Shown piece after piece: positions 26,001 through 49,214 of a stretch of DNA of 64,000 bases. Numbering within the stretch: position 1 is the first letter of the stretch; every line of letters begins with the position of its first letter. The stretch is from positions 1,043,835 to 1,107,834 of the forward strand of contig CM082588.2 of the NCBI GenBank assembly GCA_040954595.2. Reading direction: 5' to 3'. The DNA is from Balanoglossus misakiensis. Its lineage: Eukaryota > Animalia > Hemichordata. The notes under the pieces were generated by a model, which had not been told where the DNA came from, ran no database searches, and was given only the letters and a program-made list of their open reading frames with translations. Made by a program: the position numbers and the translations under genes.

Positions 26001-29000
26001 GTTGTTGATGCCATGATGTGTCTGGCACTGTTTGGTTCAAGGACAGGTCTGGCGGCCGTCGTATATCCTCGACTGGGTGCAGTCGAGTCGCATATAAATG
26101 CCATAAAGTTTAACAATGGGCTGAACTTAAAACACATTGCTGACATTTTAAAGAAATCTAGCAGGTAGGCACTCATCGGGAAATTGATGTGGATGATTGG
26201 AGCCCCCATGGAACATTATTTGAAGAAAAATTAGATTTTTCTTTGTATTCATCTATGTAGACAATTATGAAATTAAAATTTTCATAATGGAAATTGTAAC
26301 TGAGTAATTTAGAAGTCCCTGAAACTCAATATGCCGGTTTATTTATAGTCAGTTAGTCCCTGTATATGATTAGAAATTTAGTCATCATACTTGTAGCATT
26401 CATGGTCAAAGAAATTTTCAAAAAAAAACTAAGTAGATGGTAATCAAGGTCTAAATTATTAGTGATGGTAAAAATAAATCAGCCACTCTTTTCAGAGATG
26501 TTTTCCATCTTCCTCTAATAAGCTGTCTACATCCCCTACTCCCTCTATCAAAAGCTCCCCTTTCTCACAAGTAATCAGAAATGACTGCAAGGATGTTGAG
26601 AAATACATGGATTCAAAAAGGACTTCGGGTTAGATCCTTGAGATGAAATCAAGATGTGAGGATGGACTTCTCAGAACTGAGAAGAAAAGTTGTTGCCGGG
26701 CGACAGGGATGATGATGTTTACTCTCTGATGGAAGACTGTCATTGCATCACTGTGTCCTTGACAACCGTAGAAGACGTCTAAAAACTGACCCACATATTC
26801 AACATATATTTATAGCAGAGTCGTACAGGAAGTCACCAGTAATTGTTGCCACGGTTGTAGGTTGTTGATGAATGGGTTTTTTCTACGAATTCCACCTTTT
26901 TTTTTACATAGCCTGGTTTACATTTTTATGGAAAAGAGGTTAGCGTTCAATCACCCCTGTCTAATCTGCATAATCAGTGACACCCATCTCATTATAATAA
27001 TTTATTCGCAAGGTCAGCATGACGAAACCTTAATATAGAATATGTAGTGAAATAAGCTCCGCCCACTGATGAGAGTTAAGTAGCTGGGCAAGGACAACCC
27101 ATGATGAGTATAATGTGCGTCCTACGTCAGCCCACAACCAGACAGTAAAGGTGTCACAGTATAATTGACTGCTCATTACTCTATATCATAAAAGTCAACA
27201 TCTTGGTACCTCCGTCATAAAAGTCAACTTATCTCCGACGAGAACACGAGACGAGCATCACCCAAAGAAGTTCTCCAGTGAATCTACGGAAAGAGAAGAC
27301 ACTGTGGTAGCACAGCCTCTGGTGGCTTACTACAGTGATAGCCGTCGCCTTGTCAGAAAACTGTGTCCAGATATATAACAGTACTAGTTGTGAAGACGAG
27401 AAAAAAAACCCTGATGTCGAGTTTGGAGTCCGGACCCTGTACAGCCGCTGTGTCCTCACACTACTACAACAACACCGCTATCAACTATTCCACCAACAGT
27501 AAGAAGAGCAATATGGCCAGTGAAGTTTGTTCTCAAGCATCAGCAGGAGTAGACTGTAACTGCCCGCCTCTGGAGTCCAAAAACTCAATCTTGTATAAAC
27601 TACTTACAAATACTGTGTGCGGGGCACCATGCTGTCGCAAGGACCACCATATTAGGAGAGAGATGACCAACCACCACATGGAAAATAGCAAATTGAAAGT
27701 ACTTTTACAAGAAGTTAGGAATGAACAACCAGTACCTTAAAAAGACTCCAATGTATGCAATGTCTTAACAGTGTTTAAAGGTTAGAGATCAGTTATTTTA
27801 AAATTTCTCACAAAGTCCTTCTTCTGTGCTACTGGTAATTTTCTTTTTCACAGTATTGTCCGGGTTGAAAGCTGATTTGAATTCAGGTGGATCCTGTCAC
27901 AATACAAACAGAAAAAAATCTGTGAGACTGAAAGAAGAGCTGAAAGTTGATTACCGGTGTTACGTTTTTTTATGTTTATTACCATGACACGTCGAAAACA
28001 TGACACAAACTCTGGCATGATGCCAAATAGGAAACATGCTAGCCATCTGACAGACTGCTCAAGGCCAGTTATTGACATGGCTTTAGTTTTCAATGCTCAA
28101 CCAAGGCAATGTCAATGTAAAAGTCAACTCCATTGACTCCATCTACACCTTTTGACTTTCAATATAGTCACCATGGGTCAGCTAGGAGTTTTTTCCCTCC
28201 AGATTTTCATTAGTAGCTAATTACCCAATCGCTCTTGACTACCTGTTGCTGGTTGCTTTTTTTCTTTTCCATGTCCATGAATCAGAAGATACTTAATGGT
28301 TTAGACAAATGTTAACCTTGTTTTCAATTCCAGATTTAGTTTCAGTTTTCTTGATATCGTAATTTGTAAACCAGTTAAGAAACCAACTGGTCTTTGTAGC
28401 AAGGAGCTTGGTTTATAAGCACTTCACTACATCCACCATGATTTGTTTCAAATCCATGTGTCTTCTGTGGTATAGACTGGGGGAACGGTATTCAATTGGA
28501 TTGTGGTCAATTGCTCCCTCCCTCCCCCAAAGTTGTTTGGGTTTCAACGACTTCTTTGGCATTTTACTGAGTTGAGTTGATGGGATTGGTCAAGATAAGA
28601 GTGTGGTAGTTTTCATAGGTTGAATCTCTAGATAGTCTGTTACTTTTTAACCCTTTCACCACCATGGTTTGGTCCAAATCCATTGTTTTGTATGGTAAAG
28701 TTGGACCTCTATAGACGAAAACAGGGGTAAAAGGTGTCTGGCAGAATAATCACACATCAATCGTTATTAATATGTGCAACATAGTTATGGTGATGAAAAT
28801 AATAATGACGATTTCTTTCTTTAATTATTTGCTACAGAGACTCCATCATTGCTTAACCCCGCTGCTGTGGAAGAATTTCAAAGCGACGCACAGTTATGTT
28901 TGAGTGAATATGTGATGGCCATGCATCCGAACGACCCTCTCCGGTTTGCCCGAATACTTCTGGGCCTTCCATCACTTCGTAACATCAAACGACAAGCTCT

Positions 29001-29076
29001 CATCGAGTTGTTCTTTCGTCCATTGATTGGTGATGTCTGTATGGAGGAGGTATTAGCAACAATGTTACAGCAGTAA
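20081..29076 (+). CDS. NR0B: NR0B-family nuclear receptor (SHP/DAX1-like; ligand-binding domain without DNA-binding domain), 2 coding exons, ~296 aa
   Basis: Exon 20081-20732 (..YLNP G|GTAAGT) joins exon 28838-29076 (tacag|AG ACT) for 891 nt in frame. It has an N-terminal CQC...HSILYSLL LxxLL box, LBD motifs LLKSMDFIKNLPAFWDL..SWSELLIL and LQLDDKEYAYIQAIIYLNP, and a C-terminus RFARILL..LFFRPLIGDVCMEEVLATML typical of SHP/DAX1. There are no C4 zinc fingers. The intron sits at the LNP/D-E position, as in vertebrate NR0B genes. An acceptor-like tract ending at 20068 suggests an upstream, probably untranslated, exon. Confidence 0.93.
27005..27230 (+). promoter_or_regulatory. Candidate internal promoter in the NR0B intron, upstream of the nested LxxLL ORF
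   Basis: CAAGGTCA-GCA-TGACGA (27009-27025; NR5A/ERR half-site within an IR3), GC box CTCCGCCC (~27057), CAAGGACA (~27088), CRE-like TACGTCA (~27123), TATAAT (~27160) and a duplicated TCATAAAAGTCAAC (~27186 and ~27215). Confidence 0.45.
27414..27740 (+). CDS. Nested small ORF encoding a Cys-rich, double-LxxLL microprotein related to the NR0B/DAX1 N-terminal repeat (108 aa from ATG 27414; 75 aa from ATG 27513)
   Basis: MASEVCSQASAGVDCNCPPLESKNSILYKLLTNTVCGAPCCRKDHHIRREMTNHHMENSKLKVLLQEVRNEQPVP*. CNC..KNSILYKLL parallels the host CQC..EHSILYSLL, and LKVLL is a second box. ATG 27513 has a good context (AATATGG). Confidence 0.65.
   Translation: MSSLESGPCTAAVSSHYYNNTAINYSTNSKKSNMASEVCSQASAGVDCNCPPLESKNSILYKLLTNTVCGAPCCRKDHHIRREMTNHHMENSKLKVLLQEVRNEQPVP
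28647..28735. mobile_element. Short piggyBac-like MITE remnant
   Basis: TTAA-CCCTTTCACC...GGGGTAAAAGG. The internal sequence CATGGTTTGGTCCAAA..CATTGTTTT..ATGGTA..GTTGGA is shared with a second copy at ~36428-36506. Confidence 0.55.
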
Positions 29077-29195
29077 CTCTACAAAGTATCAGCCTTTTAT
29101 ACTTGATATGCGACAAAAAAAAGTTGTGGAGAAAGGATTTTATTTATTTATCTTTCTTAAATGTTATAAATTGACATTTTAGGATTAAGCTGTTG

Positions 29196-29201
29196 AATAA
29201 A
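29196..29201 (+). terminator. Candidate polyadenylation signal of NR0B
   Basis: AATAAA 120 nt after the stop codon, preceded by overlapping ATTTA motifs (~29139-29151). Further AATAAA hexamers lie downstream. Confidence 0.4.
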
Positions 29202-32200
29202 AACCCTTGTCTGAATTTACATAAAGATGCTATGTAAAATATTCACGTTTTTTCTTCTTTCATCATGATATTTATTAAACTAGAAAAGACAAAATAATAG
29301 TATCGAAGGCTGGTACCGGTTACACTGTGATTTGTGAGGCAGCTATTTTCAGACTTAAAAGAGAGTACAAGTTACTTTGTTATAGAGTAGACTGGCAAAC
29401 TCGATTAATAAATCATTTATTTATATGATGTACAATTGTGCTTCACCTCTGATCTTCTCCCAACGCAGCTGTTAATATCGTGCATGTTTAGAGAAGTTAT
29501 AAAAGTTATAACCGAGATGTTTTTATTTGCTGTAAACAATATGTTAATAATATTCATATTCATTTGAATCCACTTTGTTTGTTATTGAAGACTTTGTTCA
29601 AAAATCTGTTTCTCTCAAATATTTGAATTTTTAGTGAAACATGCAGAAAGCCATTCCAAGAATTTAGATAGTGATACATTGTTTTGTCAGATAGTAAAAG
29701 CACACATCACCATTTTGTAACATTGTACTTCAGAATGGTAACATTGTTTCCCACAACTGTAACAATGTATTTGCAGATTGTAACTTTGTATACAGAATTG
29801 CTAAGACTTTTTAAACCTTGATCTTTTTGGATTCCGTTTTTCGTTCCACTTTTGGTTAAATTCTTACAAGAATGCGACTACCGGCTAACATAATTTATTG
29901 CCTATGATGGGTTCTCTTTATTCACCTCAGTGTGTCTGCAAAAGTAAATGTTTATTTTGTGATCTTAAAAGTTTCTACATTTTATGATTTGTGATACAAA
30001 ACGAGAAAAGGAAGAGTTTGACTGGAGAGAAAGCATTGTTAATGTTATTCCACAAAATCGTGTTTGCATTATGAAAGTAGGAATAGTGTATATTATGCTA
30101 AGAGAGATCTATTTTATTGGCTTATTTAATTGAAGTTCACCAAGTGAGCTAAAGTAAGAGCATCTGTTACCTACCATATTCATCTTTCTGTAGGAGTTCA
30201 TCTGAATGTGTTAGACTTTCTCTTTATTCACTTTTTATAGTTCACTATCAATCTTGTTTTTTCACCCGCTGTTTTCCCGTTACATTTATGCAGGATTTCA
30301 GTCCACAAGTTCTGAGTGCATTCATGTGTACTTTAGTTCAAGTCGAGTTTCACTGCAATTGTGTACTACACGAAGTAAGTTTCCGAGACGTGTTTTGAAA
30401 TTTTGTGGACAGATTTCATTATTTTAAGTTCAGTTGGCAAATCCCAGTTTGACCTGTAGTAACACTTGTAAGCATGCAAGATATTTTTGTCACTGAACAA
30501 TGAAATATATCAGCTTGAGAGGTCAAGGTCATTGCCAAATATTGGGGGCCGATAGTGTTACCACAATCACGTGAATGCTTTCAGAGAAAACTCAGAATGT
30601 TTGTGATGACAAGAAATGTAACTGGAAGACGGTGATTTGTTGATAGTTTTGTCATTGATAAAAAAAATGTACTTTGTAAGTTGCTTAATGTGCCGTGGGA
30701 ATTTGTCAAACAGACTCCAGTGCACAGTAGACAGAAAAGAAATTCATCATCATGAAAATCTTGTTCCTTTCATTCACGGTCGGTATATAAATAGGTTGAA
30801 CATTTGTTATTCCACACATTTCCACTGGCACTCTGAACAAACAAGCTAATTTGCCTTGAACTTGACATTAAAAGAGTTAATCTAAGCAGTGTATAAGCAC
30901 GACAATCCTGTATTGTCCCTGGTGAACTTGTGCTAACAGTGTCAGTCCCACGTCAATGCACGCATTTACGCTGTTTGTTTCATATTTTTTCTCATCAAGA
31001 TTCAAATATCGATTTCGATACTTAGCAATTGCGAATTATGTTCGTCTGGGTGACATGGAAGCATGTTTTTCTGAAAACAAGTGTGCTATTTTGAATCAGT
31101 AAGATCTGAGGAAATATGGGAATAATACTTGATGTAATCAAATGAAGAAATCAACAGATGGACGTGTTAATGTAAATTATAAGGAAAGTGGAGTGTGGCA
31201 TTGTGGGATTGATCACGCAGACTGTTTTTTTTACTGGAATCTGGACACGAAGCAGATTTACAATTTAGAAAAGTCATCTAAACAGTCATGATGTGTATTT
31301 TGATGTTAAAACGGTGCAATTTCAGGATTCATACAGTACTTTATATTGAGAAGTTGTAGTCAGTAGCCACGCGCACATTCTCTATGATTGGTTTTAGTCA
31401 CACTGTTATCACAAAACATAATGTTCCTTGATGGTAATACTTTTTGCACAATTTTAGTGATGTTAATTTTTTTGTTTGACTATTTTAAACTTCAACTGAA
31501 TGTACAAAACCACAACATTGAAACTGTTGTTTGTAGTTGGGACCCAGTGGTTATAAAAGATCATCTGTTTTGGACCATTTTTTTGTAGCGAGTGTCCCAG
31601 TTTGTGTGTAGAAACTAGCTGTGCGATTTTTCAGATGGAGTTTGGTGAGTTCTAATGAAATCCAATATGAGTACTGGGAAAAAATGTTCAAATACAAAAA
31701 TATCTAATTCTGAAGGGCAGGTTACAAGAAAAACATTTTTAAATCGTGGCCTTAGTGTTGAAAAATGTGGAAACTTGATTAAGTTTATTGAGAACATAAC
31801 TGTTTACTTCAAGGTAAGATAGCCTTGACCACAAGTTGCCATGGTGACAAAATTATCAAGGTCGCCGTGTTTTGTGGTAGGTCAACCTGTCACATGTTTT
31901 GATGATACTGACAGTCGAATCTACCAGCCAGAACTCGATGGCCTTGGTTTGTCTCTGCTTCTGTTTTAAACACAGCCTTGACCCATATGGCACCGTTGAA
32001 ATTACCCCTACATGGTCCACGTTGCTTCATAAAACACCTGAATAAAAAAACACATTATTAAGAGATTTTCCATTCACTCTGAAATTAATCAAGTGAAGAA
32101 GAAAAGAATAACTTTTTTCTGTGCGAGTATAAGTCCCAGTTGAATGATTAAGCATGACCCGGTGAGGTCATTCTAGAGACAATTACCAACACTTGTTTTT

Positions 32201-35200
32201 GAACATTATAGCTGTGGTTTTGTATCATTCAGTTCAAACAAACCGGTTAGAGGGGCCTCAAAGATTGTTTTCCTTTTCAACTTTTTATGTGAATGTGTCT
32301 AAGTTGTATTCTTTGTTTTTGTTCACAATAAAGTTCCACTTCGGAAAAAAACGGTTGCTGGCTGTTGTGTGACTAGAGAGAGGTGTGATGATTGGAAGAT
32401 TTCTTCCTTGCTATGTTGCTGTACTTTTGGTGTTACTTAAAGAAAATGGTGACAAAACTTCCCACCATTTTGGTCTTGGTGTGCCTGAGGCTGTTCAAGT
32501 GCTATTAATACTATTTCTCGATCTTTTGTGCTGAATATGGCTTGGATATTCTAAGCACGCACGGTTATTTAGATACATCGCTATGAATGATGGGTAATGG
32601 AAAGTCCACGTGTCTGTGCAAAGTTTCGAAAAGAGCGAACAGTGAATAAAATCTATTGTAATATTTCAGTTTTATTCCTGTTGCACAGAAGAACATTTCG
32701 TGAATACATTCTGAACGGTGTAACTTAGCCATACTATTGTAACTGCGTTTTTTGTATCAAATCCAAGAATATCATGGTTACTACAATTCTATTTTTTCTC
32801 ATTGTCCCACTATAACTACCCTGTATCCCAGCTTCCCAAACGTGATTTGCACTATTGAAATATGATAGACGCAGATATCGCACTTGCTGCAAACAAATAC
32901 TATTTTTTTCCAGCCGTCAATACACTGATTGTCATTGGGTGCGACAAACGTTGCCACCGGAGAATGTTCTTTCAAGTACAGGGCTCTTGATTACTGTGTC
33001 ATTGAAGAGAAATTTGCGTCAGTGGAATTGTCGTATCAAGTATAATATCAAAATAGACATGGCCTTGTACACGTTCGGTGAATTCGTGAGAAAGCTGAAG
33101 CTATGGTATACCTCGAGAAATCAGAGGTCAACACCCGACCTTCCAAGCAAGGACTCTCTATTGACCCGTATGTAGCTGGCGATTTTTTGTACCAAAATAC
33201 AAGTAATTAGAAGAATAAAAAAACGGTTTAAGTTTGAAGAATTATGGGGAAGAAAATTGGCACCCATGGTATCCAACTGCGGTGACGTGAGATAGAAAAT
33301 GATGAAAAATAGACGAGGATGTAGCGAAAGCGTTTAGTAATTACTATCTCATTTATATAGATCAAAGTAATACACGAAAACAATGAAATTTATAAATCAT
33401 CGCCGGGAAGCAAATTACAATCACAGTTATATTAATATTATAGATCACCAAAACGGAAAAAAGCTTATGGATATTTCACACACTTTATCAATATACGTCC
33501 ACTTTCATTTATGGTGAAAACTCGGGTTTAAAGTCAATCTACGTGAGTGACTACACAGCATGAACTTCGGTAAACTTGGACCAGGGGTCTTTCCACGATG
33601 GTCTAAGCTTACTTAAATGCGATTTCTATCGAATTATATGAGTGTGATAATTTCTCATGATTTCTGTTATGTGTATTTGAGTGTGTTTTATCTCGTTATT
33701 TGGGATTTAAGTTTGGGAGAGCAATTTATGTACTACAAATAATAACCTTGACATGGGCAATGCCCTCGTTGATTCCAAGAACGAGATTATTTTCCTAGTA
33801 ACAACCAAAATCCTAAAAATAGAACTATCTTGAACTAAATCATATATTTGTAAATTTTGTTTGGGAGTATCATAGTCAACCACAGCCTTATTTCATGTTT
33901 TTTATATCAAACATCCTCTTGACTTCGACAGAATTCAATTCTGTGAGGGAAAAAACCTGTCATTTGTTCTGGGTAGTATTGCACCATCTGCTTGTGAGTT
34001 GATTGAAATCAAATCTAGTGGCTGGTCTTCTTCGTTGTTTCGTCCTATGGTGTTTCTGTCCTCGCCCAACAAAGGAATCGAGTATCGATCGGCCATGAAG
34101 ATTCAGAAGAAGACAGCAAAAATGCGCGATTCAATCCTTCATCTTATTTTAACTGGATCGCGTCGGGCTGATGTTGTAGGATTTATGACAGCAGTTAACA
34201 GTCAGAATCAACGAATTTGCAAATGTCTATGATGTAACCTTTGTTAGTTGGATCTTACATTGCAGCTAGTAGTTTGGTCCTATAAGTTTGTGTCGAAACA
34301 CTCTTGAAAAAGAACAAAGAAAGTGTGTGCGTTAACCATCTGACTTTTTCGGTCCTCAAATGTTTTATTTTTTCGCCACAAAGTTTGGCCGCCTCTTTCA
34401 TTTTAATTCAGAGTATTAGCAAATTTTTAACAGAGGTAAAAAAAACAACAACTGTATACTACAACGGGGTCAAGTTTTTCTAAAATTGGGAAGAGAAAAT
34501 ATAATCTTGGTCGGTAACTGCCAGACTAGACTGTCGAGGTCATGGTAAAAGGTTAACTTAACAAAATCCCGACCTTAATGCGAATAAAATTTTACGATGA
34601 AAATTAAGTCAGAGTAATCTATAATTTGATACATTTCGCAAAAATATGTTGTGCAGTACGTTTGTGTCAAGTACAGGCCAACATTCGATAAAGAGGACAA
34701 AGAAATATAGCCATGAGTAATAATTTTTATAGATGCTGGCACACCCTTGTGTTGTCCTTCACTTTTCCGAGCCAGACAAGACTTAACATTGTTGAATCCA
34801 GCTGCGAGACACCGTGTGACCTCGTGTATGACTACAGCGCTTGCGCATACCAATCACCAAGCTCATATTGCAGCGCCTTGATAATTTCGTATTCCAGTGC
34901 TGCAGTAATAAGGTCTTAAAATCGCGAGCATCTGTTGATGAGGAAGTTTTCGCATTTTAAGAAAATAATTGTAAGTGGAAAACTGTTACTTCTTGGACAG
35001 GAAACTTACTCTGAACACCACTGAAGAAAATAAACAAAATTTCATTTCTAGTATCTTAACAAGCCGGGTATTTACACAGTACAGTGATGTTGCTTTATTA
35101 TCAATTTCTGTTTCTATATCTCATTTATTTCCCAAGCGTCCTTGCTCCTTTGATGAAATGTTCAAAAGCGTCCCAAACAAAAGAGCATCTGGGTGCGACT

Positions 35201-35243
35201 TTCGGCCTTCGGAAGTGTTCGGTCAACGTTCGGCATTTTAAAG

Positions 35244-48035
<12,792 letters not shown>

Positions 48036-48069
48036 TGACTTGGACATGAAAGAGAAACTGAACATTTTT

Positions 48070-48273
48070 GTATAGTTTCAAGTTGCATTGTTTCGTAGGA
48101 AGAATTCTTTTGTCTTGATTCAAGTTGCATTGTTTCGTAGGAAGAATTCTTTTGTATTGATTCAAGTTGCATTGTTTCGTAGGAAGAATTCTTTTGTATT
48201 GTTTCAAGTTGCATTGTTTCGTAGGAAGAATTCTTTTGTATTGATTCAAGTTGCATTGTTTCGTAGGAAGAAT
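48070..48273. repeat. 42-bp minisatellite (~5 copies) in the DDX10 3' UTR
   Basis: The unit TTCAAGTTGCATTGTTTCGTAGGAAGAATTCTTTTGTATTGA repeats head to tail. The ORF track shows the matching 14-aa periodicity. Confidence 0.92.
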
Positions 48274-48452
48274 GCGTTCATCAGATTTCAGGCAGATACC
48301 CTTTGGACACATCCAACCCAAAAGCATATACACCTCAATATTCAATATGACGTACTATAAAGGTCATGGATATTTTGAGAATGGATTTCTTATGAGGACT
48401 GACGTTACTTATCGTTATTGCTGATTTACATACATCTACTAGCAAACATATG

Positions 48453-48458
48453 AATAAA
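48453..48458 (+). terminator. Candidate DDX10 polyadenylation signal
   Basis: AATAAA followed by a GT/T-rich tract (TTGTTTGCATTCTTGTGGTTTTT). It is the first AATAAA I find after the stop codon. Confidence 0.55.
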
Positions 48459-48610
48459 TTATCTGGAACTACATTTGTTTGCATTCTTGTGGTTTTTACC
48501 AGTGCGTGTGAAAATATGTGAGTCCATTCCCAAACCAATGTGTGGACATGTTGAATGACATAAATTGTCCTCTGACTCCCAAATTTCATGGCACTGATGG
48601 TATTAGTAAC

Positions 48611-49214
48611 TTTCTTCAATTTTTGACAAAAATCATGGGTTATATAGGTCATGAAAATCATCCAAAAATGACAATTTTTCGACTTCGCGAAATTTCAAAA
48701 TTTCTTCATTTTTTGACGAAAATCATCCAAAAATGACAATTTTTCGACTTTGCGAATTTTCAAAATTTCTTCACTTTTTGACAAAAATCATGGGTTATAG
48801 CTCATGAAAATCATCCAAAAATGACAATTTTTAAACTTTGCGAATTTTCAATATTTCTTCACTTTTTGACAAAAATCATGGGTTATAGCTCATGAAAATC
48901 ATCCAGAAATGACAATTTTTCGACTTTGCGAATTTTCAAAATTTCTTCATATTTTGATTAAAACCATGGGTTATAGCTCATGAAAATCATCCAAAAATGA
49001 CAATTTTTCGACTTTGCGAATTTTCAAAATTTCTTCATTTTTTGACAAAAATCATGGGTTATAGCTCATGAAAATCATCCAAAAATGACAATTTTTAAAC
49101 TTTGCGAATTTTCAATATATCTTCACTTTTTGACAAAAATCATGGGTTATAGCTCATGAAAATCATCCAGAAATGACAATTTTTCGACTTTGCGAATTTT
49201 CAAAATTTCTTCAT
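48611..49214 (-). repeat. Diverged 88-bp satellite block (~7 units) in reverse orientation
   Basis: The unit AAAATCATGGGTTATAGCTCATGAAAATCATCCAAAAATGACAATTTTTCGACTTTGCGAATTTTCAAAATTTCTTCA.. is the reverse complement of a variant of the main monomer. One unit near 48720 has an internal deletion. Confidence 0.93.

Noticed and set aside
25832-26209. 125-aa minus-strand ORF in the NR0B intron
   Set aside because: No recognisable domain. It is simply antisense to the candidate cassette exon and flanking AT-rich intron.
27363-27740. Nested ORF as a second full NR0B paralogue or an in-frame alternative first exon
   Set aside because: No LBD sequence follows the LxxLL boxes, the ORF has its own stop, and I found no convincing phase-1 donor near its end.
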